Positions 29,650-39,400 of a stretch of DNA of 64,000 nt are shown one piece after another. Position numbers and translations under genes: made by a program. Each line of letters opens with the position of its first letter. Position 1 is the stretch's first letter. Source of the stretch: Planctomycetota bacterium (GTDB taxonomy: Bacteria; Planctomycetota; UBA1135; GCA-002748355); assembly GCA_027021385.1 (NCBI GenBank), contig JALUUL010000049.1:17646-81645 (forward strand), written 5' to 3'. The notes beneath the pieces are model-generated. The model did not search any database. It was not told the DNA's origin and saw nothing but the letters and a program-made list of their open reading frames with translations.

Positions 29650-31446
29650 TCAGGACCCGCTCCGGGCGACGGCCCCGGAAGCTCCCCGCGAAGCGGCGTC
29701 CCGGCCCGTCCCGCAGTCGACGGCCGAAGCGGCGCGCAGGATCCGCTTGAGCCGCGCGGCGGCGAGCAGGAGATCGAGGTCCCTCGGGCGCCCGCGCAGG
29801 GCCTCGGTCGAGGCCGCGACGACGCACTTCGTGCGCGCGCGGGAGAGCGCGACGTTCAGCCTCCCGGGATCGTAGAAGAACTCGGCCCGGCGTTCGCAGA
29901 CGTCCCGGTCGCTGCAGGCCAGGGAGAGGAGCAGACACTCGCGCTCCTGCCCCTGCAGGCGTTCGACCGTGTCGACGACGAGGTTCGGATCGTGCAAGCC
30001 CTCCTTCTCGAGAGCGTGGCGGATCGCCCGGACCTGGGCCCGATACGGGGAGAGCACGGCGATCTCCCCGGGCGGCAACCCGTGCCGCCCCCGGAGTTCC
30101 CCGACGAGGGCGACGAGGAGGGCGGTCTCCTCGGGGGACCGCCGCCTCCTTCCTCGATGGTCGAAGCGCGCCCAGACGAGCGGACGCTCGGGATCGAGGA
30201 TCGGGTCGTGGCGTCCGCCCGGGTTCCAGGGGAGCCTGCGGCCCGCGGCCTCCGGAGCCGCCCGAAGCCGTCCTCCGTAGAACTCCCTGGAGACGACGGA
30301 GACGAGGCCGTCGTTCAACCGGAAGCTCAGGTCGAGGAGGATCGGCTCGACGTATCGCTGCATCCTGAGGAACAGGGAATCTCCGAGCGAGGGGTCGTGC
30401 CGATCCCCGACCCGGACCGGCGAGAGCTGGGCCGGATCGCCGACGAGGACGTGGCGGCGGGCGACGAGCATCGCGATCGCCCCGTGCACGACAGGCATCT
30501 GTCCGGCCTCGTCCATCAGGAGGAAATGGAACCGGGGCTCCTTCGGGCAGCGGCGGAGCGCGAAGGGCGTCCCCCCGACGACGACCCCGCCCGGAGGGAG
30601 CTTGAGTCGGTTCAGGCTCGGGGCGAGCCGGATCCCGCGGGCCCTCAACCCCTCGTCCTCCGCGCGCCGGCCGAGCTTGAACAGGGGGAGACCGGGTTCC
30701 CGCCGGCGGATCGCGAGGAGGACGTTCTGGATCGCGCGGTGCGTGTAGCCCGTCACGAAGACCCGCGCCCTTCGTTTCGCGAGATGGACGGCGATCTCCG
30801 CGAGGACCCGGGTCTTGCCGGTGCCCGGCGGTCCCTGGACGAGGGTCACCCCCTCCCCGCCGACGGCCCGCACGAAGGCCTCCCCCTGCGCCTCGGTGAA
30901 CTCCGACTCCCCGAGGCATTTCCGGGCCTCCCGCTCGCGCGCCGGGTCGGGCTCCCGCGGGAAACGCCCGAGAAGGGTCTCGACCCAGGCCTCCCGGCCC
31001 GGCTGGAAGAGCTGGGACAACCCCTCGAGGAGGAGGGCCTCGAGTCCCAGGCCGCGGCGGTCGAGACAGTAGGTCCGCTCCGCGGTCAGGACCGGGGGAT
31101 CCCTGCGGTCGAACCGGTCCGGCGAGATCCGGACCTCGCCGGTCCCCGGGTCGAAGGACTCGAAGGTGCAGGGGAAGCCCTCCTCGACCCGCTCTCCGTC
31201 CCCGAGATAGAGGGCTTCGCCCTCTCGGAACTTGGCGAGGAAGGAAGGGGCCTCGAAGCGGAGGATCTCCCCGCGTCCTTCGACCCCGAGGAAGCGCAGG
31301 CCCTCCAGGCAGCTTCCGGATTCGACCCGCTCGGGGATCGGCTGGGCCCAGGTCTCTACGAGGGAACGGCGCGTCGATTCGCCCTCGTGCGCGATCCAGG
31401 CCCGCATGCGCTCCCGGAGTTCGAGAACCTCCGACTCCAGGCTCAT
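29650..31446 (-). CDS. Superfamily-1 helicase of the DNA2/Upf1/NAM7 type (AAA_11/AAA_12-like) with an N-terminal domain of about 190 aa and unknown function
   Basis: Start MSLESEVLELRE, in an ATGA overlap with the upstream nuclease stop. Walker A VQGPPGTGKT, motif II LLMDEAGQ, motif III VLVGDPAQLSPV. Also SPYRAQV, VDTVERLQGQERE and RLNVALSRARTK. Confidence 0.85.
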   Translation of the reverse strand: MSLESEVLELRERMRAWIAHEGESTRRSLVETWAQPIPERVESGSCLEGLRFLGVEGRGEILRFEAPSFLAKFREGEALYLGDGERVEEGFPCTFESFDPGTGEVRISPDRFDRRDPPVLTAERTYCLDRRGLGLEALLLEGLSQLFQPGREAWVETLLGRFPREPDPAREREARKCLGESEFTEAQGEAFVRAVGGEGVTLVQGPPGTGKTRVLAEIAVHLAKRRARVFVTGYTHRAIQNVLLAIRRREPGLPLFKLGRRAEDEGLRARGIRLAPSLNRLKLPPGGVVVGGTPFALRRCPKEPRFHFLLMDEAGQMPVVHGAIAMLVARRHVLVGDPAQLSPVRVGDRHDPSLGDSLFLRMQRYVEPILLDLSFRLNDGLVSVVSREFYGGRLRAAPEAAGRRLPWNPGGRHDPILDPERPLVWARFDHRGRRRRSPEETALLVALVGELRGRHGLPPGEIAVLSPYRAQVRAIRHALEKEGLHDPNLVVDTVERLQGQERECLLLSLACSDRDVCERRAEFFYDPGRLNVALSRARTKCVVAASTEALRGRPRDLDLLLAAARLKRILRAASAVDCGTGRDAASRGASGAVARSGS

Positions 31447-32945
31447 GCTCCCGCCTCCAGGCGCCGCTCCGCCGCCGCCCGTCCGGCCTTCTCCGCCGCC
31501 GCGGTCTTCCGTCGCCCGGGATGCGCGCGCAGGACGGAGACCAGCGCCTCGAGGGTCTCGAGCCTCCTCCGGGCCAGGGCTCGGAGCCCCTTGGAATCCC
31601 CCTCCTTCAGGCGCAGCGCGACCGAATCCCCGTCCGGGTCCCAGGCTCCCTCTCCTCCGGATCCCGGGCCGAAGAGGGCGAGCGCCCGCCCGGGGTGGCG
31701 GACCGGCTCGGGAAAGGCATACGCGCCGCGGACCAGGGACATCAGGTCCACCCATCGGCCTTCGAGCCGCCGGACGAGGGGCGCGAGGCTCGGATGGCGC
31801 ACGGCGAAGGAATAGAGGACACGGGGCAGCTCGCCCCCATGGACGAGCGGGCCCCGATCGCCCGACGCGCGACACAGGGCCTCGAGGGCCGCGACCTCGG
31901 AGCCGGGATCCGGCGCTTCGAAGCCCTCGAAGCTCTCTCCGCCGGGGCGGGCGATCGCGAAGAACGGGAAGCGCCGGTCGAAGGCGTCCTCGAGCACGAC
32001 GGCGAAGCGGAGTTCCCCCACGAGGTCCTCGACCCTAGGGGGATGCGTCGGAACCGGACGGCCTTCCCGGAGCGCGAGGGCGTGGTGTCGGGCCCTCGCC
32101 CAGGTCGACTCCGGAAGGCGGCCCCGCCGCCCGAGTCTCCTCGGGTCCGCCCAGCAGAGGGCCTCCGCTTCCTCGTATCCGAGTTCCGCGAACACTTCGC
32201 GCTCCGCCCGGGTGAGCCCCGGAATCCAGTAGAGGTCCGCGCGACTCCCGCAGACCGCGCGCCACTCGCATCCCGCGCAGGCGTAATCGCGGTGGGGCCT
32301 CGAACCCGAGGGCGCGAGGAGCCACCGGTCCATCTCCTCGAGGATCTCCTCGAGGACGGAATCGAGTTCGCGGATCGGCACCGACTCCTCCTCCCCCTCG
32401 CGCAGGATCAGGAAACCGCGCTCGGGCGTCCTTCCCTGGATCTCCGCGAGGAGACGGCTGTAGAAGACGACCTGCATCGCCTGCCCGGAGCGGGCCGCGT
32501 AGGAGGACTTGATGTCTCCGACCTCGTAATGGAAGGAGCCGAGGCGGCTCTCCCCCTCGACCCTCCGGAGCAGGTCGGGGATCCCGAGGAAGGGCTCACG
32601 GAGGAGCACCCCCTGCGAGACGAAGGGTCTGCCCTCCGCGAGGAGCTTCCGGGTCGCGATCGCCCCCGCCTCGAAGTCCCGCGCGGGGTATTCGGGTTCG
32701 GCGACCCCCTTCAGGGAGGCGACGACCCGTGCCTCGTGCCGCCGTCCCCGTTCCCGGAGCCACTTCTCCTCCTCGGAGAGGGGAAGGCGGCGGTCCGGAT
32801 CCCCGAAGAAGGCCAGGTGGACCGAGTGTTCGCAGTGCAGGAAGCCGTAGATCAGGGAACCCGTGATCCTGTGGCGGCGGGCCCCCTCCGGAACGCGCGG
32901 CGCCCGGAGCCCCGCGGGCCCTCCCTCCTCCCGGATCCCGCTCAC
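31443..32945 (-). CDS. RecB/Cas4-like PD-(D/E)XK nuclease with a C-terminal RNase H-like region (TM0106-family-like)
   Basis: GTG start in a GTGA overlap with the oxidoreductase stop. N-terminal Cys (FLHCEH) plus CAGCEWRAVC gives a Cas4-type 4-Cys pattern. Putative catalytic GIPDLL ... YEVGDIKSS (D...E.K). The C-terminal half (FAVVLED...LVHGG...) is compatible with an RNase H-fold exonuclease. Confidence 0.65.
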   Translation of the reverse strand: MSGIREEGGPAGLRAPRVPEGARRHRITGSLIYGFLHCEHSVHLAFFGDPDRRLPLSEEEKWLRERGRRHEARVVASLKGVAEPEYPARDFEAGAIATRKLLAEGRPFVSQGVLLREPFLGIPDLLRRVEGESRLGSFHYEVGDIKSSYAARSGQAMQVVFYSRLLAEIQGRTPERGFLILREGEEESVPIRELDSVLEEILEEMDRWLLAPSGSRPHRDYACAGCEWRAVCGSRADLYWIPGLTRAEREVFAELGYEEAEALCWADPRRLGRRGRLPESTWARARHHALALREGRPVPTHPPRVEDLVGELRFAVVLEDAFDRRFPFFAIARPGGESFEGFEAPDPGSEVAALEALCRASGDRGPLVHGGELPRVLYSFAVRHPSLAPLVRRLEGRWVDLMSLVRGAYAFPEPVRHPGRALALFGPGSGGEGAWDPDGDSVALRLKEGDSKGLRALARRRLETLEALVSVLRAHPGRRKTAAAEKAGRAAAERRLEAGA

Positions 32946-34873
32946 CTCGGCTCGACCTCCACCCGCAGGTCGAGGTAGGCCGCTCCCCCCCCGAGGTCGG
33001 TCTCGACGGCGGGGATGATCGCGTTCGCCGCGCGGCCGAGGTCGAGACTCCCGCCCTTCGGGACGCAGACGAGGTCCGTCCGCAGCTCCGGGTCGTGCCG
33101 GAGCCGCACGGCCAGCCTTCCGAGCGGGGAGACGAGCCAGGCCGGGGAGCCGTCGGCCAGGCCCCCGGCGGCCTCGGGATGCAGGCGGGCCTCGGGAGGC
33201 TCCCGCGGCTCCTCCCCGATCCACTGGGAACACTGGCTGTCTCGGTGGCTGTTGCTGAAGAGCCAGAGCCCGCCGCCGGTCTCGCCGGGCTCGAAGTCCG
33301 CCCGTTCCAGGAGGCGGACCTTCCCCTCGGGGGTCGCGACCCGTCCGTCCTCGAACAGGACCCCAGGCGCGAGGGGGTTGCGTTGGGGCCCCCGCTCGAG
33401 GGCCTCGGGGTCGAGCCCGGCCGCCAGGACTTCCGCGCTCAGGAACCGCCGCGCCCACGCGGAACCGGTTCCGGCCAGCAATTCTTCACGGCCGAGCCTT
33501 CGGGCCAGGCCCTGGAGAATCTCGAGGTCGTCTAGGGCCTCCCCCGGGGGGCCGACGAGGCGATGGGCGCGCTGGATCCAGGGATGTCCGTAGGCTCCGC
33601 AAAGGTCCTCGCATTCCCCGATCCCCGCGACCGGCAGGACGAGATCGGCCCGGCGCGTCGTATCGTTCTCGTGCGTATCGGCCACGACGAGGAAGGGCAC
33701 GGCCTCCAGGGCCTCGGCCACTTCCCGCGAATCCGGAAGGGATGCGACCGGATTGCAGCCCGCGACATAGAGAAAACGTATGGGGGGGGCCCGGAGAGCC
33801 TTCAGATCCCGACCGAGACGGGTCCAGGAGATCCGCCTGCCCCGGGCCTCGCCCTTCAATCCCCGGTCGAAGGCCCGCTTCCGGCGGTGATAGAACGAGG
33901 CCCCCCCTCCGGGGCGCCCGAGGTTCCCGGAAATCGCCGCGAGGGCGTCGAGGGCCCGGACCGTCGCCCCCCCCCGCCGCCTCCGCTGGAGACCCCAGCC
34001 GATCCAGAGCGCGGTCGGCCCCTGCGCGAAGGCCCGCGCCAGTTCCTCGAGATCCCCCGGTCTCAGGTCCGCGGCCTCGGCCCATTCCGCGACGCTCCGG
34101 GACCGGCAGAGAGCCCGATACTCTTCCAAACCCTCGAAGGAAAAGGGGTTGGCGGAATCGGGGAAGCCTTTCTCGCACAGGATCCGGCCGACCCCGAGGG
34201 CCGCCTCGAGATCCCGGCCCGGGCGGGGGGCGTACCTCCGGTGAGGAGGGAGCCCCGGGGCGGGAGTCACGGGGTCCACGACGTGGATCTCCCCCCCCCG
34301 GGCCCGGAGGTCCCGCAGGAGGGGGATCCCGTGGATCCAGGAGACTCCGGGATTCCGGCCCCAGCACACGAGATTGCGCGCGTTGGCCAGGTCCTCGGGG
34401 TCGTGGCTGTCGGAAACCCCGAAGTCCCGTTCCTGGGCGGCGATCCCGGCCCCGCTGCAGATGTCCCCCGCGGCCTCGACGACCGGCCCCAGGGCCCGGA
34501 AGAACCGATCGGTCAGGCCGCGGACCATGCCCAGGCTCCCGGCCCCCCGGAGGAAGCCCAGGGCTTCCGGACCATCCCCGTTCAGGACCTCCCGGATCCT
34601 GTCGGCGCAAAGGTCGAGGGCCTCCTCCATCGAAACCGGCCGGAACCCGCCGGGACCGCGCAGGAGCGGGTGGGTCAGCCGGCTTGCGGCCCTCATCCTC
34701 TCGGGGTACCGGCTCGTACGTTTGCAGAGGAACCCCCGGGTCACCGGATGCTCGGGATCCCCCCGGAACCGGACGATCCTCCCCTCGTCGATCTCGACCA
34801 GGAGCCCGCAGGCGTCCGGACAATCCCGGGTACAGACCGTCCGCCGAACTTCCCCTCTCATGCCTCCCTGCAT
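32942..34873 (-). CDS. Molybdopterin (MopB-superfamily) oxidoreductase, substrate unknown
   Basis: N-terminal Fe4S4 motif VCTRDCPDACGL. Typical MopB length (about 640 aa) and segments (NLVCWGRNP, FLVVADTHENDTT, C-terminal barrel-like WLFSNSHRDSQ...VSP). Start at 34873 (MQGGM) or 34861. Confidence 0.75.
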   Translation of the reverse strand: MQGGMRGEVRRTVCTRDCPDACGLLVEIDEGRIVRFRGDPEHPVTRGFLCKRTSRYPERMRAASRLTHPLLRGPGGFRPVSMEEALDLCADRIREVLNGDGPEALGFLRGAGSLGMVRGLTDRFFRALGPVVEAAGDICSGAGIAAQERDFGVSDSHDPEDLANARNLVCWGRNPGVSWIHGIPLLRDLRARGGEIHVVDPVTPAPGLPPHRRYAPRPGRDLEAALGVGRILCEKGFPDSANPFSFEGLEEYRALCRSRSVAEWAEAADLRPGDLEELARAFAQGPTALWIGWGLQRRRRGGATVRALDALAAISGNLGRPGGGASFYHRRKRAFDRGLKGEARGRRISWTRLGRDLKALRAPPIRFLYVAGCNPVASLPDSREVAEALEAVPFLVVADTHENDTTRRADLVLPVAGIGECEDLCGAYGHPWIQRAHRLVGPPGEALDDLEILQGLARRLGREELLAGTGSAWARRFLSAEVLAAGLDPEALERGPQRNPLAPGVLFEDGRVATPEGKVRLLERADFEPGETGGGLWLFSNSHRDSQCSQWIGEEPREPPEARLHPEAAGGLADGSPAWLVSPLGRLAVRLRHDPELRTDLVCVPKGGSLDLGRAANAIIPAVETDLGGGAAYLDLRVEVEPR

Positions 34874-35132
34874 AGCCGGCCGCTCCGCCGGCCGCCACTT
34901 CGGAGCCCGGGCCGCCCCCGCCGGCTCGCCCCTCCAACTCGAATCCGCCGTGGGACCGGGGATTCCGAACCGAACATTCCCCGAACCCACGGCATGGCAA
35001 TGCTCCGGATTTACCGGGGTTTTTCTTGTGGCCGTCCGATTCCTCCTTCACGCTTTTCGCCTGAATCGGGGATCTCCGGGTTCCCGAGACCTTTCCTTGA
35101 AGCTTCCGATTACCTAACTGGGAGGAAAACCA

Positions 35133-36362
35133 ATGCGTAACCCCAAAGGGTTCAGCATGCTGGCTCTGGCCTTGGCGGCTCCGGTCGCTTTCGCCGGCGG
35201 CAACGACGGTTTGGACACGGTCCGCGTTCCTGCGCTCCGGGGCGACACCTCGGTCGACATGTCGGCGGGCAAGGGGATCACCTTCGAATCGGGTGGCTCC
35301 TCGATCAACGTGGGGGCCTGGGTCCGATGGGAGTATCGCTTCTCCGGAGGCGACATCCAGCCCGACGTCGGGACCTTCGAGTTCCTCGACGCCCGTTTCG
35401 GCTTCCAGGGCCACCTATGGAGTCCGGACACGAAGTTCAAGATCTACTTGGACGCAGCGGACTCGACGAACCTCGTCAAGGACGCTTGGGTCCAGCAGAA
35501 GATCTGGGCAAACGACAACATGAAGGTCGAGATCCGCGGCGGGCAGCAGAAGACCCTCTACGGCCGGTCCGAGACCGGATCCTCGTCCCTGCTCGAGTTC
35601 CCGGTCCGAGGCGTGGCCGAGTCCACGTTCTCCGGCCTTCGTTCCCAGGGTCTCAACGCCTTGCTCTCGATGATGGAGAACCGCCTGCATGTCAACGCCG
35701 GCGTCTGGAACACCTCAACCGCCGGCGGGACGAAGCTCACCGGCCAGAGCGAGGACTCGCTCAACGCCGACAACGAGTTGAACTTCGGCTTCGGCTTCAC
35801 CCTCGACAGTGACAACGAAGGCGGCATGAGCGGCCTCCGGTACTCCCAGGGCGACCTCGAGGGCGCGGAGAACCTCCGCTGGTCCGTCGGCGGCGGTCTC
35901 TGGGTCGGAAATGAATCCACAGGCGTCGAGGCCGACACTCTCGGGATCAACCTGAACGGTGTCGTCAAGATCAACGGCTTCCACGGCCTCGTCGAGTTCT
36001 TCCTCCGCAACGCGGAGGTCGACGGCGGAACGGCGGACGCGAGCGCGACCGGCCTGACCGTCCAGGGCTCCTACACGATGAAGAACCCGAAGTACACCTT
36101 CGGGGCCCGCTATTCCTGGGTCAACATCGACGATGACACCGGCGTCAACAGCGCGATCTCCCTGATGACCATGGCCAACGGCGGCAGCTCCCTGAACGCG
36201 GCCAACGGCGATGTGACCGAGATCACCTTCATGGTCGGCCGCTACCTGAACGGCCACGCCAACAAGATCCTGGCGGACCTGACGCTCCAGTCGGTCGATC
36301 CCGACACCGGGACCTCGATCGACAACATGATTTTCCGGGTGCAGCACGTCGTCAAACTCTGA
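35133..36362 (+). CDS. Outer-membrane porin, phosphate-selective porin O/P-like
   Basis: RBS GGGAGG 7 nt upstream. Signal peptide ...LALALAAPVAFAGG. Porin_O_P-like core LVKDAWVQQKIW...VEIRGGQQKTLYGRSETGSSSLLEFPVR. Beta-strand periodicity throughout. Confidence 0.65.
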   Translation: MRNPKGFSMLALALAAPVAFAGGNDGLDTVRVPALRGDTSVDMSAGKGITFESGGSSINVGAWVRWEYRFSGGDIQPDVGTFEFLDARFGFQGHLWSPDTKFKIYLDAADSTNLVKDAWVQQKIWANDNMKVEIRGGQQKTLYGRSETGSSSLLEFPVRGVAESTFSGLRSQGLNALLSMMENRLHVNAGVWNTSTAGGTKLTGQSEDSLNADNELNFGFGFTLDSDNEGGMSGLRYSQGDLEGAENLRWSVGGGLWVGNESTGVEADTLGINLNGVVKINGFHGLVEFFLRNAEVDGGTADASATGLTVQGSYTMKNPKYTFGARYSWVNIDDDTGVNSAISLMTMANGGSSLNAANGDVTEITFMVGRYLNGHANKILADLTLQSVDPDTGTSIDNMIFRVQHVVKL

Positions 36363-36403
36363 TCCCGGGATCGACCTCACCCGGTTCCCCGGAACCGGGT
36401 AGA

Positions 36404-36440
36404 ACGAGGGGCGCCGGAAGTTCCGGCGTCCCTCGTTTTC
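36404..36440 (+). terminator. Rho-independent terminator after the porin gene, preceded by a second perfect hairpin at 36380..36400
   Basis: ACGAGGGGCGCCGGAA/TTCCGGCGTCCCTCGT stem followed by TTTT. Immediately upstream lies the palindrome ACCCGGTTCC-CC-GGAACCGGGT. Confidence 0.7.
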
Positions 36441-36465
36441 ATTGTTCGCGGGGTCTTTCTCGTAG

Positions 36466-39400
36466 ATGCCGGACGGACGGAAACTCCTGGCCTGCCTCTG
36501 TCTCCCCCTCCTCGGCTTCCAGGGCCGGGAGCCGGGAATCGAGACGGGGGAAGCGCGAGAGGAACCGGTCCAGACCCTTCCCGTCGAGGCGAGGGTCCTC
36601 CCGGATCCCGGCGGGCGGCCCCGCCTGGTCTTCGGCCTCGCGACCGGGCCCGGGACCTTCCGTCCCCTCCTGCGTCTCGAAGGGCTGCGGGTCCGGGAAG
36701 CCGGCCGGGAACCCAAACCAGGTCCGGGCTTCGAAGCCTTCACGAAGATCCACCGCAGCGGGAAGACCTGGGTCCTCCGGGGCGGAACCCCAGAAATCCA
36801 GGCCTTCACCTGCAGGATCCTTCGCCTGAGCCCTGGACGTTTCCGCGTGGATTTCCGAGACCGGATCGGCCTTCCCGTCAGGCTTCTCGATCTCGCGCTC
36901 GTCTACCGCTGGATCGCCCCCGAACCCCCGGAACGGGTCTCGACCCCACGAAGGTGCCCGACTCCCGAGGAACGCTCCGACGACCGGAGCGCCGGAACCC
37001 CCCTCCTGGCCCTCGGCACCGGGAACCTGGGCATCGCCTTCCTCCCCGACCCGCGGACCCTGGCCCGCGACCGGCGGATCCCCAGATATTTCCGGATCGA
37101 AGCCCCGGCCGCCTCCCCCCTCTGCCTCCTCGGCGCGGGCCGGAATCGGCGGACCGGGGACGGCCGGATCCTCCCCGACCCGACCCGCCCAAATCTCCTG
37201 ATCGACGAGGACTGCGGCCTGCGCCACGAGATCTGGTTCGCTGACCGGGGCCTCGACGAAGATTTTTATATCCGGGCCCTCGACGAGGTCTGGTCCCGGG
37301 GCCGCAGGATCCGCGACGCCCTGGAGTCCTCCCATCCCCCCTCCCCCCTCGCCCTCCCGGCGGCCCTCGAACGCAGCCTCGAACGGCTCTTCCCGGTCCC
37401 GGGCGGGAGGGACGCCCTCTGGATCGCGCCCACCCCCCCGACCACCGAATCGAAGCGGTCCTTCCCCCCGGCCTTCGAAGCGGGGCAGATCCTGGACCTG
37501 GCTGGCGACCGCGGAATGGAACTCGCCCTCTCCCTCTGGGCGAGCGGAGGCGAAGAGCGGAGGGCTCGGGCCTCCGCCCTCGTGCGAACGGTGCTCTCCG
37601 CCCCCTCGAGGGGTGGACTCTTCCCGACGCGGGCGCGGGTCACCGAAAAAGGACTCCGCTGGATCCGGGAAGGCAAGGGCCCCTACCGGACCGGGGACTG
37701 CGCCCGCCTGAGCCTCCTCCTTCTCCGCTGGGTCCGGGCCGGCGGTCATGGATCGGAGAAAGCCGTCCTCAAGATCCGCGATTTCGCCCGCTTCCTCCGC
37801 CGCAACCAGCTTCCCACCGGATGGGTCCCGGCCCGCTTCGGTGACGACCTCGTCCCGATCCGCGGGGAAGACGGAGGAGACCCCCGGGACGCCCTGGCCT
37901 GCGGGCGCTTCCTGGCGAACTTCGCAGCCTATTCCGGGACCCCCACCGACCGGAAGCGGGCGGGCCGGATCCTCGAGGCGGTCCTCGCCGCCGGGACACG
38001 ATCCACGGCTCAGCCTCGGAATGTCGGGTCCACCGGTGCGCGGATGCCCGCCTCGCTCGTGACCCCACGGCTCTCGGCGGTCCAGGCCCTCGACGGTCTA
38101 GCGCTCTCCCTGGGCCTCGGCTCCCGCGGGACGCGCTTCGCGGCCGCCCTCTTCCCCCTGATCCGCGCCTGGCATCCTCTCTGGGAAACCGCCCCACTCC
38201 CTCCCCTCCTTCTCGCCACGAACGAGGGGCGCCCCCCGGGCCCTCCTGCGCCGGGCGGCGAGGCGGCCTTCCTCCTGGCCCGGGCCTGGATGGCCGGAGC
38301 CCCGTTCTCCTGGGCCGAACGGGCCGCCTGGCTCGCCCGCCATGCGAGCGAACCTGCCGACGGTTCCTGGCTCGAGGGACTTCGCAGGGAGATCGGCGAG
38401 GTTCTCGTCGATCCCGCACTGGGCAAGGCCGTCGCCTTCGGACCCTGGAAGGTATCCCTCGAGGCGGGGACCCGGAACCTCCGCCTCGAGGGAGGACGGA
38501 AGAACCCGCGCAAGCTGCGGATCCGCGCGCGCCTCCCGGAAGGATCCTCCACGGCCCGGCCCTGGTCCGTCAATGGCGCCCTCGTGGAGACGAGGACCGA
38601 CCCTAAAGGATTCCTCGTCTTCGAAGCTCGTCCCCTTCCCGGGCTCCGCATCCGCTTCCGTCCACCGTCCCTTCACGACCACCGGGTCGACCTGGACCTC
38701 GAGGCGGACCTCGAGGGATTCGAAGGCTCCGAACCCCTCGAGGTCCGCTTCGAGGTCTCCGGAGAAGGGACCGGGAGGCTCGTGTTCCCCGCCCATCTGT
38801 CCCAGGGACGCGCCCACGGGGCGAGACGCGCCCGGATCCTGATCCCTGCCGGCAGGCTTCCCGCTTCCGGCGACCTCGTAGTCGCCCTGACCGCCCGCCA
38901 GGGGACGAGGACCCTCCGCGACCCACCCCAGGGAGGGCATCGGATCCGGCTCGGAACCGTCCGGGAGGCGGATTGCGGAGACGACGCGGAGACCTGGCTC
39001 CTCGACGCCGGAGCGAGCAGGGTCGTCCCCGCGGCCGACGGGCGGGGAAGGGCGCGGGTTACGCCACCCTCCGGGAGTTTCCGGTACCGAATCCCGGTTC
39101 CGGCCTCGGCGATCCGGCTTCGGATCGACCTCCGGGTTCAAGGGAACGGCCTCCTGGAAGCGGGCGGATCCCGCTTCCGGCTCCGAAGCGAGGAGGAAAG
39201 GGGCTTCGCCGACGTTCTCCTCGAACTCGCAAACCGCGAGGACTGGGAACGGGGCCGCCTCGAACTCGTCTTCCACGGGACGAGCACCCGCGAGAGCGGC
39301 CTGGTCAGGATCCGCTGGGAGGCCCTGGGCGAGGCCGCCCCACCTTCCGAGATCGGCCGGAAGAAGATGGCGGAAACGAGAACCCCACCGGTTCTCGATC

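Noticed and set aside
34984-35004. Sigma-54-like element GGCATGGCAATGCT upstream of the porin gene at 35133
   Set aside because: The GG to GC spacing is 11, not the obligatory 12, and the TTGC is imperfect. It is unlikely to be functional.
33486-35414. 642-aa minus-strand ORF, 525-aa plus-strand ORF (33563..35140) and other ORFs over the MopB gene and porin start
   Set aside because: They are out-of-frame or antisense overlaps of the MopB oxidoreductase (FeS motif frame) and the porin, with low-complexity translations.
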